Below, piece after piece: positions 21,811 through 35,383 of a stretch of 64,000 bases of DNA (positions are counted from its first letter, which is position 1; every line of letters begins with the position of its first letter). The notes under the pieces are model-generated. The model was not told the DNA's origin. It searched no databases and saw only the letters and a program-made list of their open reading frames with translations. The position numbers were made by a program, and so were the translations under genes. Location of the stretch: assembly GCF_964204645.1 (NCBI RefSeq), contig NC_134028.1, positions 3,162,001 through 3,226,000 on the forward strand, in the 5' to 3' direction. The stretch comes from Tubulanus polymorphus (lineage: Eukaryota; Animalia; Nemertea).

Positions 21811-24800
21811 ATGGCGGCCTCCATCGAAAATAAATCGGCGCTGAAAATGTACACGTTGATCATCATATTTTTCACTTGTAGGTCTTAATGTGTCAGTTTG
21901 ACAGTAAAATAGATACATTATCTGAAGAGGCTCCTCTTATATTTACGACCTTAACCTGTTACGGTTGTCAGGGTTAAAAAAGGACCTCGCTCGGGACACA
22001 CCAAAAATTCATTCGTTCATATTCACTTCAAACATGATTCAGTCACAGCCTACACGGGGGCTCGTTTTGGAAGTTTGGGGTAAACTGTAGCTTAGATCAT
22101 CCAGTATCCATGGTACTTTCTTTTTGTATGTAGAGTACCAGGGATACTGGATGGTCTAAATTACAGTTCACCCCCAACCAAAAACTTCAAATACAAGTAA
22201 CAAGCCTTACTACGATGTTGACATAGTGGATGAGTGATACCAGTATCCCTGTAGCTGTGTATAAAAAAGGAGCTAACTAAATCGAATACTGTAAATTACC
22301 TACGAAATTCAATTGACTGCAATTAAAATCACCCTGAGGCCCAAGGCAAATGATCCAACGTACGTTGTAACTTACACGGTTATGTTCTTGTTCGTTTCAG
22401 GCATTAATCCCCACAAACTATACACCGTCCAATGCACAACAGTCTTATCTATCAACTCGATGATGATTCCCAGATATTCCTGACCTAACCACATTATTCG
22501 TGCACTATATTTGACTTATACCTGACTAAGGTCTGACAACCTCTAATACGGCATAATATCCACTTCTTAATGACGACCACGTTTTTTCTATTTTTAGTTA
22601 CGTGTACAGTTATCACTTTTGGAGAGAAACCATCGACGTTATTGAGTGAAACTCTTGAAATTAATGAAAAAGATACGGTTAATGATAGACCTATAACAGA
22701 TTTTGATGAAGGCAAGGAAAATGTTGCGGGGCAAGTTACAGAAAACTCAGACGATTCATCGACGACACAAGAGACTGACGATGATGAAGAAGAGGAGAAT
22801 ACATCGAGTACATTCCAACAATCATTACATCAACTTACAAAAATAGCGTTAGACAATTTGAATTCTTACAAGGAATATCTTTTCGAATTGTTACAAGAAC
22901 TGCAAAATACGACCGCGTCAGAAAACAACAGTTCGCGTCCGGGAGTCGAAACCGCGTCGCAGGAGAAACCCGTTTCTAACGCGACTAGCGTCAATTCCAC
23001 CGAAGCCGTCAATAATTTAACGTACACGAAAAGAAACGAAAAACAAAGACGCATCGTGTGTCACGCGAGAAATCTGACGAACGCCGTCAATCGAACGATA
23101 GCTGTACGCGTCGTCAATAGTACGGTTTTACAGGAAAAACTTCAACTTAAGAATGAAACGGCCGGTAATTGTTTTCTGGTGATGTTTTACGCGCCGTGGT
23201 GTATATTCTGCGCCCGAACGGCTCCAGCTTATAACGCATTAGCGCGGAGCTTTCCACAAATGGAACTGTTTGCGATCGATGCTTTTTATTTCAGCAGGTG
23301 AGTGTCGGGGCAGGTGATTAATGAATTGGGGTTTAATCTTGATTTTCATGCTTTTAAGTCTTTTTTAGTAATTTCATTTACTTCCTGAATAATTTATATC
23401 AATAAATATCAGATTTACAAAATGAATATTGAATATAGAATTAGTTTGTTTTACGCATGAATATATGACACCTCCATGTGAATGTTATGCTCGGCTGCGC
23501 GGTTGATGCTGCAGGGTTGGGAGGATGAGCCATCGTTGTCCATCCGTCCGGCGTCAACTTTATTCGTGTCACATTTTTTCTCCTTAACCATATTTCCATG
23601 AAACCTGGTACACTTTTTCGCCTTGCTACCCCATCCTTATGAAGTTTTTGATCGATTGTCTTGAATCCATATTACTAAGCATTTATATAATTTTCAATCA
23701 CTGCTAGTCGTACAATTTTCGTGCAATCTTTGTACTGCCAGCAACCAATTCCAGCGGATCCGAGAGGCTGTTAATGTGCATGAATAATTGTAGTAGTTAT
23801 CGAAAAAAGAAAAGGTTAAAATGGTTTTGAATATTTTTCCCATCTTGGCTCATTTGTTCATGGAGCGTTGTTCTATAGGCTATCTGGACTGCAATTCATC
23901 TTAATTAGCTATAATTGAATCATGTGGAAACGTGATATTTCAGCACATTTAATCATTACATGGCACGTGTAAGGTCGCGAATTGTGTAATTCTCGCAAAT
24001 AGAAATATAACCTTCTTAGTCACGTAGAGAGGAAGTGACATCTATCCATCAGAATCAAAACTACTGTACTTGTATCAGGATAATGATCAGTGTATCATTA
24101 GAGGATAGAATAATGCCAGGGGACATACTGTATTTGTATCAGGATAATGATCAGGGTCCAGTTCCACAGTTCCGCGTTAAAATTTGACTCATTGAAAATG
24201 AACTAACTCAGAGTTAACTCTAACTCACAACTGTGGAACTGGGTCCAGTGTATCATTAGAGAATAGAATAATGCCAGGGGACTTCGTGGGTCAATGATGA
24301 CTTGTGCCACCAAGATATCCGGCTAGATGAGTCTGAATGCACACTAGCGACACCTGGGGATCAAAGAGGAATCCTCGGTTTCTACAGTTAAGCAGATACC
24401 CTATTGGTTTTTCTGTCAGACGATTAATAGAAATAAAATCAATGACCGCTAGGAAGGGGTATTTGTTGAGATATCTTCTGGCCCTACAACGTCCTACAGA
24501 AAATAATACATGTGTACAATGAAATAAGTTGCCACTTGGATTGTATTGTTAAGTTTGGTGTCTGTATTTTTTCTGTTGAAATGAATGAATGATTCAATTC
24601 GATTTATTTTTGGTATGTTATTTCAGTTTGAATGCTCGATTCGGTACGATCGCTGTTCCAAACATCTTACTATTTAGCAACGGTAGACCTGTCAGTAGAT
24701 TTAACGGCACTGAACGTAGTTTAGCCACTCTCATCTCGTATGTGGCTAATGTTACCGGTAAGTTCGACCACTGCTATTTTACCTTTTTTTATCAAGTTCT

Positions 24801-27800
24801 GTTAGCGGATGTCTGGATTTTGGATAACATTTGATTCGTAAAAGATGAATATATGGATATGATAATATAGTTTAAGTAACGCCTATGTAACTTAAGAGTC
24901 TTTGCATTTATTTAAATTTCTCGAAATACTGACACATGACAAGTTACAAAAAACAAATAGTTGGCTACATTAAGAAACATATCCTCACGACTTAAACACA
25001 GAAAATGTTATTACTATCTATTCTATGTGTGGTCAGTATTGATTTATTGCTGAAACGATTGTAATTCAACTCGAATACAATCACATCGAAGCGAACAGTC
25101 TTATTGAATGTTATGTGAACACTGGATTTACTCCTTGTAGAATTAATTGATTCTTCAAGATGTTGAATATCGTCGTGTATGTCGGCGTCATCACGACGCG
25201 TACGTCTTCTGCCCCGTGCCAGTTCGTGCCTGCTGACCAAAAATGTCGGACCAGGCCCGCAATTTTAGCATGGGTAAAATTATTTTGTTACTAACTGGTT
25301 CTTGGAGTGACTCACCCATTTTGCCTCAGCAGCATGACCGCTATGTAGTAACGAGTGAGTGATTAACTTGTGAATTAAGGCAGAATATACTCTGTTGCGG
25401 GCCGATTTGATCTGGACCATATAGTCTCCGTTTTAATGCCTCTTCGGGCCGGTATTTCGCGATTCGGGACTCGCTCGATATTTCGCTCCGTCCCATAATT
25501 TGACCCGTTGCTGCCGAGATCTCGCAACATTGCCCGATACTCTTTGCGCGCCGGCGAAATTTTCGTTAGATCTCAGTTGACTTCGCGCGTTCCCGTAGGC
25601 GATCTCCGCTCGTCGCATGAACAACTCATTTCTCGATCTCAAAGCGTTTAAATTTATCGAAACAATCGGCAGTTGATATTGCATCGGTTTCTGATAATAA
25701 TCGATTGGTGGTCGCGGCGCCTGATACGTCGCCATACCTTCCATACGTTCGTTTATCGCATCCAAATCACCAACAACTTTCAAACTTTCCTCGATACTCA
25801 AAGGTTTTATGAAATGACGGGAATATTTGAGTTTAGCGATCGCTGCGGCGCTTTCTGGCGGTCTCTGAATTCGTTTTATTTCGTCGATTTCGCCGAATGT
25901 TTGAAGGTTACTCACCAGCGCGTAGAAGAACGTTACCACAACGCTCAAACATAAAAGTGTGAACACTTTAACTTTGAATCTCATGACACGTTTTCAAGCC
26001 ATTTTTTATATCGAGAACTCACTCGGTTTTACGTACGAGTTTAATCTTCTCAACTATTCTCCGTCGTCTTGAAATCCTGCTAGTTTTAGTCTCAATATGT
26101 TGTAATTCCTGAGCTGTCTGAACCACCACGACTCCTACTGTTGTCATTTTCATACATTTTGTTGCGGTTGCGGTGAAATCATCATCATCATCATCATTTT
26201 TCGTAAACACAACTCAAGTCGTCGGAGGCTGCTGTAAGTTCCTCGTCTAGCCGCGTAACATCCCACTAACAAATCAACTGAATGAATGAATGGTGGCTGT
26301 CCTGCTGTAAAATTTATGAACTAGCAAGTGCACTACACCATTAATCAGTTTCTCAAGCACATTTACTTTCCCCGATGGATCATTAAGTCACTCGTCATAA
26401 GGAGATATTCGACTGTAGTTTTTCAAGGTTTCGTCATTTTCTGTGTTGTTTTTTCGGTATGTCTCGTTCGGCTGTCAATACGGAAGTGTATGTTTGTGTA
26501 GACGCAGATATATGGAGTTTGCGTGTTCTACCAGCGATGAAACATACTTCCAGAGGTCCATAAACTAACGCCGTCTCTGCCAACTGCCTTTAACTTCGTT
26601 CATCTGTTTTTTATTTTCGACCGAAACTTCATTGAAAATGCGATTTTATTTCATCGGTTAAAGGACGTATAGAATACTAAAATGAAGTGTAGAGTAGATC
26701 CCGGCATCTCCCTCTTCAGAAATAAACCAAGTGAACACGTACTCGATATTTGTTCATACTCAACAGCTCTCGACTTAGTTCGCGAACGAGGGAATGATTC
26801 AGCTGCTGATTTCCTAGACAGAAAAAAAACGAGGATGACAAAGAATTTGTGACAGGTCTCTTGTTAGGATCGTAATCCGTAGGTGTCACCAGCGCGAGTA
26901 ATCAGTCTGTTACTTTTAAATCTTAAACCATATCCAATATGGAGGAAAAATATTAAGGACATTTGAGCAATTTAAATTGTCCTGGTACTTTCTTGAACTG
27001 CTTGAGGGCCTCCTTGAACAATACATATATCGTAGTGTTTCGACGAAAAAGGCTCCAGAGCCTTCAAAAGCCATTCATAGTATTACTAATATATTATATA
27101 TGTAAAACATAAAGCCTCTCCACTTGGATTCTAGATGTCGATGACAAAATAGAAAACATCCAGGATTATCACCCCGCGGAGTTAAAAATTTGAGATGAAC
27201 CAGCAAACATTAGAATAAACAGTTACACAACTATCAGGCGGAAGTAAAACTTTTTAAAAAGTAAACTTTAGTTTCATTTGCTTTACACAAATAGTGGGAA
27301 AATGTCAGCTCGGCCATCGGAATATTTACAGCTGTCTCGTTATTGTTGTTTTAGGTGTTTTATTAATGCGGAAAAACATTTAACATTCGTTACTTTCATC
27401 GTGAAAATCTGTGACATTTTCTCTCCTATTATTATTCATTTGCTCTTTCGACAAATTGCTTTCATCTAGATTTTCATGTCTAAGATAATTGAGAATAATT
27501 AGTGTGAAAAGATCATCAAGCAATTAAATCGGAAAAACCCGCTTGATTAGATAAATTTTTGATTTTCGTATGGGAATGTATGTGTACTGTGAGTGTGCGG
27601 GTATGATCGCGTTGTGGGCGTGTTTTGACATTTCGCTCTACGACTGTAAATGTCATGCTTTCGTATTCGTTATTCATTTTCTATCGCTACAGAAAATGAT
27701 GTCATTTCTATCGGTGAATGATAGTCTCTCGTACGACTGACATTAAACGTCGCGATGAGACGTGGATAAAACCATTGATTTCCGGAGAGGAGGAGACGTC

Positions 27801-29224
27801 GATATATTTCTACTATTTCATCTCGATGGGCGACTGCTTTTGTCGACCGCGTCTGTTTAACCTACCGCCATGAGACGTTTCATTTGTGTGTAGGCCGCAG
27901 AATTATTTTCATAAAACACTTACCACGCAGTAGATTAAACCCAATTTCATTAAAATGAAAAAACTGAAGCACCCACTCGTATTTTCTGGTGGTAAATGAT
28001 ACAATATGCTTCATTGACGGGGATTGGAAATCGTTTTTGATTCATGCGGAAATTCTAGTCTAATTGGCGATTGCTTGTCAACTGATGATTAGTTTGAAAT
28101 GATAAATGCTGTATAGTAAGCCTTCAGATCTTACATTAACTGATTGCTCAAAATATATCTCCTGTCAAACGTTATACGATATACTTGGAATATCCGATAT
28201 CATGGGAAAATACAACTCAAGCAATACTAAGTCCTCTGGAGAATTCTGGTGGATGAGGTTTTTACCCGAGGCCGAAATGAATGACTTAAATCTGGTTGCT
28301 ACTCTGATTTTCATGGCAAAATTTGTTCTCGGTATTATTCAATGTACTAAGAACGTTTACAGCTAACGTAGTCTGTTTACTGTACGAAATCACTACCACC
28401 ATACAAAAACCACTTATTCCGAAAAAATATCCATTTCATCGTAACAAGGGATTAAAAAATATCTAAGGCAAATATTTTGTATTTCTAGTGTTATGTAGTT
28501 CTCACTTGATTCAGACATAAGACAAACACTTGTATAATACGTATACAATTCCAACACTGTTGCAAAACATTTCATCTGTAATGCTGGAAAATATTTTCTA
28601 GTCTGGCACCTTATTTCAATCAATACTTGGGCAGCCAGATCTCCGTCGTAGTGGCTATTTACAGGCTGCTGGGTTCCCCTTTTTGTGACGACAGACCGTT
28701 AAAATCTGTAAACTTGGCACTCATCCTCTCGGAAATTGCATCTTCTTCCAGTATATTCCTCAGAGATTTTTCGAAAAAAGGCCAAGGGGAACCCCACTCG
28801 CAGCCTTTGGGCATAGCTGCTTGATTGAGCGAAGAAATGCCAAATTTCCATAGGTCTACCCCTGAAATGTGATAAATCTATTCTATGGGCTTATCTCGGG
28901 AATGTTCTGTCTCAAAAATGGTTTTACCTGTGAACATGTCTCTAGATTGTTTTTATACTCATATTTTGACATTCGTGGATATTTTAAATTTTCTATCTCC
29001 TATTTTCAGGTTTTAACGCGTCGGAAGTGAATATTACAGAAGCCGACTACATCGGACCATTGTCATCGGTACCAACGGAGGACACGAACTATTTACTCAT
29101 TTTATCGTGGGCGTTTGTCATAGCGTTTAGTTCAATTATGATTGCGAAGTCAAATTCTGGGATGCAACTGTGGCACAAAGTGCAATTATTGTGGCAAGAA
29201 CATCAACACCAGCATGTCGATTGA
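21811..29224 (+). CDS. TXNDC15: Thioredoxin domain-containing protein 15 (exons 21811-21877, 22598-23297, 24627-24757, 29010-29224)
   Basis: Signal peptide, acidic spacer, CFLVMFYAPWCIFC, SSLNARFGTIAVPNILLF, IGPLSS, a C-terminal TM segment and a QEHQHQHVD tail. Exon phases are compatible. Confidence 0.9.
22077..22175. mobile_element. Palindromic MITE family (second copy at ~58186-58281)
   Basis: The hairpin agatcatccagtatcc...ggatactggatggtct is shared by both copies. Confidence 0.6.
24155..24245. mobile_element. 91-bp PIF/Harbinger-like MITE with CAG TSD
   Basis: 17-bp TIRs (15/17 match), flanked by CAG at 24152-24154 and 24246-24248. Related copies at ~60320-60412 and ~62558-62666. Confidence 0.8.
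25433..25984 (-). CDS. Orphan 183-aa signal-anchor/secreted protein nested antisense in TXNDC15 intron 3
   Basis: ATG-initiated ORF with an N-terminal basic-then-hydrophobic segment, coding-like composition, and AATAAA on minus at 24907-24912. Confidence 0.65.
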   Translation of the reverse strand: MRFKVKVFTLLCLSVVVTFFYALVSNLQTFGEIDEIKRIQRPPESAAAIAKLKYSRHFIKPLSIEESLKVVGDLDAINERMEGMATYQAPRPPIDYYQKPMQYQLPIVSINLNALRSRNELFMRRAEIAYGNARSQLRSNENFAGAQRVSGNVARSRQQRVKLWDGAKYRASPESRNTGPKRH

Positions 29225-30623
29225 TGAATAGCTCATTACTTCGAAAAAAATCTTCTCAGATCTCCTCCGCATTGGCTCTAAATAACTTTAAAAGCAACCA
29301 TTGATCTTTAAAAATGTGATGGTTTTAATGACGATGTGTCGTATTCTGAGAAAGCTATAAGCGCCATCGCGAAGGTTTCGTGTAAGCGAGCTTACCATGG
29401 CAACTGTTTAGAATGCAATTTAGCAAACTGCTGTCAAGTTAGTAAGCTCCAATTCGGATCATTCATCCGATTTATGTCAAAATCTGAATCAAATTCTCCG
29501 ATGTAATTTGTATATGAATAATTAATGACATTGTATAAACGTATGATTCTGGGTGTATGCGTATAACCAATAATCCATGGACTGGCTGAATCTGTCGTGG
29601 CATTTTTTATGGGAAAGATATCTTTTGTCATGCCAAGTCGGATATCTGTTCGCCAAGAGTGTACACTGTGTACATGTATTAAGATATATGATTTCGTATC
29701 AAGATTTTACATCAAAGTAAATATTGTTGTAAGAATTTTTAATGTTTAACCTGTGAATATATTTCTTTTTAAGAAACGCTGCATACAGAAAATACGCAGT
29801 AGTAAAGATAGAGAGATAGGAAAGAGCTATTTTCACAGCTGAAAGGTTTTCTAATAAAATGCAGATTGTAACTTGTTGTATGAGTCTTCAGTTTCTCCAG
29901 TACTTCGTGAGCTAAACTTCCCACATCCCCTAATATTTTCTTTGCTCTGAAAACATTCAGCTGTCGTCATGTGCGTTAGCTTGGAATGCTTTTAGCTGCC
30001 TTAAATCTTATTAATACTGATCTCAAAGTTCTCAACTTAGGAAGCAAAGAATTACAGTATTTCACCTATCTGTTGTAATATCAGTTAGTTTAGTTGTACT
30101 GAAGTCACTGATTACAAGCTACTTCGAATTGTTATCGAGATTGTAAATAATATAAATCACAAAAATAAATTATATAGTTGTTTTTTTTTCATAAATTGTT
30201 GATTTCATAATTTTCTGGTTTTTTTTTTCGTGCGAGACTTTGATCTAGGCTGTGCACTGGCTGGAACAAAATAGACTTGGCTTCAAATCCCTGGTGAATT
30301 AACATATCCTAGTACACGGATGGAAATTTATAGGTTGATGAAGGAACTGTGCAAACTACTATATTAGTAGAATATTGATTGATTTATCAAATGGCTAAAG
30401 CCTTTGAGAATAAAGTTCAATTCGCTATAAATTCTTCCTGTGGCATGTGAGACCTCAATCGTCGGCCGCTTATACATTCGCTAATAAAAGACTTCTATGG
30501 ATAGTTTGAAAATCGTTTTAAAAAGCAGATTTCTCTTAAATAAAGCTTTATAAGTGTTGAATGGTGAATGAAATTTGATTTAGAAAAGTATGAATATTCC
30601 TTACATGCCACAGTAGAACTGCG

Positions 30624-30792
30624 AAGCCCTGTTAGATCTCAGCCGTTCAGTGCTGCCCCTATCAATAACGATAGCGGAATTTCTCTGAACTAAAATCGTC
30701 GAAGATGTTACGCGAGTATTATGTTAGTTCACGTTTTATCCGCTATCGTTATACCGAGGGGCAGCACTAGACGGTCGAGATCTGACCAGGCT
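30624..30792. mobile_element. MITE with ~60-bp imperfect TIRs
   Basis: agatctcagccgttcagtgctgcccct...ataacgatagcgga is inverted relative to tccgctatcgttat...aggggcagcactagacggtcgagatct. Confidence 0.65.
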
Positions 30793-33700
30793 ATTTCACT
30801 GAAGCGCCTCGTGCTTTAATGAAATTATTCCGTTTGTTAATTAAGACTTTGAAAATATCCTAAATAGAAATGATTCTCAATCTTTTTCGTATATTTTTGA
30901 TTTTCGTTAAGAGGGAAAAAATTAAATCATTAAATCACCAAAGGTGTCAATTTATGGCGCAGTTCTACATGTCGATCATGGATTCAACTAATTTTTCCGC
31001 AAAAGTTCTGAAAAGTGCTTATACTTTTGCTTAAGCCTTACTACTACGTACCACATGCAATATACAATTAACATGAATCAATATGCCTTTGATGTCTACC
31101 AGTAAAACTCCGCTCGCCGAGTCGGATTCGATGAACTTGGATAAATTCAAACACTCGCACAGATCTATGTTCGTTGAAATATTTCTGTGACACTCTTTAT
31201 GAAAACATGATATCCATCTCGTTTATCACTCATCAATTTGGACACATTTTTACGGTCCCAAAATGTCCATCTTGAGCGGAGTCAATTAACTGTATACATC
31301 GCGTAATTTACGTTGACAACTTAACGAAATCTAAGCCCTTATATTCGGATTAGCATTTAGAAGGATAAATCTCCAAGACAGGAAATTCGCAATTAGGCCG
31401 AGTAGCATCCATGCATCTAATCCTGATATAACGGGAAAGAGAATTACTATTCAGGTATTAGAAGGTAATTTGTTTTGACCACCAGGAATTGTTGTTCGCT
31501 TTGACGCAGATACCTTTTCAAAAGAAGCCCTTCATCAACGATATTGTTACATAATACACGTGTTTGTATTTAACAAATATACGGTGTAATTATTTCGGGA
31601 TTAAGCAAAAGACAACGACAATTTACGATTCAACTTTTCTCAATGCCTCGGTGAACATTCTCCAATTACGCAGGATTAGAATATTTAATGCATTCGAATT
31701 AGACACACCACTATCCACTCGTCAAAGGAAACTAAGTGTAGGCTTTATCTTTCTTGGTTTAAGTGGGTCCCAAATCAATGACTTCTTTAGAAGTCCAAAA
31801 CCTTCAGTTCAAACGTATTCTCTATCTGAATTTGGAATACGCAAACATCACCTTCAGACAAAGCAAGATTGATCCAGAAAAAAACCATAAAGTTCGGTAA
31901 TCCTCTGATTTCATCATGTTGGATTCGATTTCTGTGAATAGTCATGAGATCACACTGACATTTCCTTGCAAAATTACGAACACATTAATCAACAAAATTT
32001 CATTCATTTCTTGAAGTATTAGCAGCTGCCGTCCTTGACGAATGTTAAAGTTCTATTGTAGGCTCTATTAAAGATCTTGAGATGCGCGACCAATACCGGA
32101 AAACGGGGATATATGGGGTAATAGATTATTGTCCATATTTACCACATGTTGAGAAAATTCTTTCACCGCGCCGGTCAATTTCTTCTCATCTCACTCTGCA
32201 ATATAATCACCTGATACCAGATTATTGTGATGACCAAAGATCAAACAGCGACAATATTGATAGAGAGAGATATTTGAATAGATAATACGATAGTCATAAT
32301 TGGTGCCAAATGAGAGATTTCCATTTACATCGACTGAATGCAACCGAATCCTTGTTGTGAAGGATCTACTGGTGCCCTCATGTAGTATTCAGAAATTATA
32401 CTACATCGAATAATTTCCTGTATCAAATATCACCTTATAATGTAATACAATGTATCAATTGATACATTTCTCAAAATATCCAAAACGTCCCGAACTACAC
32501 TGATTGGGATACAAATATTTTAATGAACAGCTGATATAGGCAAATTATTTCATTCAAAATTACTTCAATCGGGAAGTTTCCTTTTAAAAAAGCCAAACGT
32601 GAGTTTGTCAGACCCTGAGAATACGTAGATTATATATGTACTTTATGATGTCCTGATAATCGGGTTCAGAATACTTTCATATGTTATGGACGCAGTACAT
32701 GACAAATCTAATTAACTATTCTATATCCATCGTATTAATTAACAGTTTTATGACGTCCTGCAATTGGCGTACTGCAAGTAACCATTATCTTGAGAGACTG
32801 AAGCATTAACGTAGTTACTGGACCCAGTCATGTTAGTCTACCAATTACGAAAAAGGTCAATGAGCAATAATCCCAGAGTCTGAAATATTCATCTGGGAAA
32901 ATCCAGTGTGTTTGACTTCATTTCTCTCCTTCATGTCTCGCAGACTTTCTACGAGAAATGGGCTAATAGAGCCGTGCGACCAGGGGGGACTCAACCAGTT
33001 AAAAAACTACTAAATTGTTGGCCTTTAACTTTATATAATCAGACCCATCGAATTCTTACTGTCCCTGGTTCGAATCTGTGTCTAACACAGACACGGCGAT
33101 ATCCACGTAGTTAATTCACCTGACAGATCAAGCCTTCAACAGTAACATCGGAGAGAAGGGAACTTCACAAATTCAAGGAAGTTATGGATAAAAACAAGAA
33201 CAGAATCTTTTTAAATTTTCATCGACCATTCATTTTATTACACCCTCTTGCATACAAACGTTATTGCACAGTTTAATATACAAAAATAATAAGAAATTTT
33301 ACTTACATAGAAAATATATTCTATACATAGTATTTATTTATATGATGTATTTTTTTGCATAATACAGTTTGGAATGAATTTCAACATGATATAATTAAGT
33401 AATTAATACGACAACACTTTATTACGATATACAAAATCTTAATGGAATAGTTGCATTAATGACTGATTGCAAAACATTTGCACAAAAATGATTAAAAATT
33501 TGCATCAGTTCTGTATAAAAATCATTTTCAGTTTTTCACATAAAATCAAATTGTAGAGGATGAAACAACAAGACGTTCATAATAGAATGAGTAGTGAAGT
33601 GGGTCCCGATATCATTCTTAAAATGGGTGCTGTAAAATGTAAATCATTTTGAATAAAAACTACCATTGTTTCATCTCAACAAAAGAGCTAGATCAAATAT

Positions 33701-35383
33701 AGCTCGGAAATAAACACAAACCACTCTCGACTCGAGACGAACTTTCGAGGATTTTTCACAATCAAGATTTTGACACATGACGAAAAATGAGTTGCTCTCC
33801 ACTGTCAACAACTCGGAAACAATTTTCATTTAGCGAGCACAATCAAGTGTTTTACACACGAGTGCCATACAGAATTAGGGGAGGGGGAGGGGAGTTGTAG
33901 ACGGTGCTTGACGAAGTAATTAAAGATATTCAATCACCTCAGTAACGCTCTGCATACAGCGCAGTATGAATATTTTACATATCAATACAATCATCACTCA
34001 TTTGCACCCGGATAGGACAGTCAGCTATTTAAACAGTAAATACTATTGTGTTGCAATGATGCGTGAAGTATGTAAACTGTTTCGTTGTTTTAGTAGTTTT
34101 ATTGTCAACTTTAAATCTAAAACAAACACATTTTGTGCAGTAATGTTTTACATCTATACAGAGTTGGTGTTTCTTAGAATACACGTAGCAATGATAACTC
34201 AAAACTAATTCAATCCATTCATAGGATTTAGTTAATGCAGAGTGAAAAACGAGTTCATTCTACGTCAATCTGATATTATTTATTCAATTATTCGAAGTAT
34301 TCCAAATTTGTAGCACCATGGACTCTAAAACGATTTCGTAGCTCTTCATAGGAGATCATCGCTCACTGTATCACTCATATACTTAACTGCACAAAATAAA
34401 AACAGATGTTTAAAGAACTGTCAGTATTCATCGGATCAAACGGGATTCGAAAATCCTTACAATACGAAAATCCTTACAATACGTAACATTCATTACACAA
34501 TAGCATATACCACATATACCTGATACAGTCATTCACATAATACACGTTTATTCGAGACATTCTTAAAAATAGACCGGCGTCATAGAACGCTATGATTTAT
34601 TGAATTTCACACAGAGGCATTCAATTTTCAATTACACCATACATGATATATGTACATGTATACACTACATAGTGACTCCGGGAAATACATATCAGCGTGC
34701 GAAAACTAGTGCGGCATTGTGACTGCTAAATAACCGGTGATAAATGCTCCAAAAAACTTTACGAAGTACCTGGTTGTCATAGATATAGATTTTAATGGAA
34801 GATTCATGAACTATTCAACTAATTTCAAGCCCTTTTTTACAGCAGAGATTTGTTAAGTACAGTATAATAATATCACTGATGAAAATGTTTAAAGCAACAT
34901 TCTCTACGTACAAAAACATATCAATTTAATCCACACACAAGAAATCCAACACTTGATTTAATCGTGATGGAACTGTTAAAGTAAAATGCATTAAGAAAAG
35001 AGTACTTCGTGTCACCTCGGAGTGTAATCTTCAGTCTGATTACCCCAAGGTGTCACTACTACAGATCAGTCATTCCTGGATATAGGCCTAAGGAGTTTCA
35101 AAGGAGAAATTTCCAAATTTTGAGGAAGCGTCAGCATGACTTACATCCCGATCACTGCAGAATCCTCCTAAATCGGTAATGTTTATCTTGGTAAACTGTT
35201 AATTCGGTGGTTTTGTAAGCAAGATTATATCCTTTTATTACTGAATTCTGTTTCTAATTCGGTAACCGCTTACAGGACAAAAAATATCCCTATGAATAGC
35301 ATATTTCTCCTTTCGGAGTTTTAGGTATTTAGCTCATATTAAAGGAGTTATTTCAGTAATCAAGGAGTCGTATGGACACTGTA

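Noticed and set aside
24062-24282. Repeat-spacer-repeat resembling a CRISPR unit
   Set aside because: Eukaryotic context. It is explained by a tandem duplication plus a MITE insertion.
24294-24335. Box C (ATGATGA) ... box D (CTGA) in a TXNDC15 intron
   Set aside because: Only ~42 nt long with no terminal stem, too short for a C/D snoRNA. The similar pair near 60776-60807 fails for the same reason.
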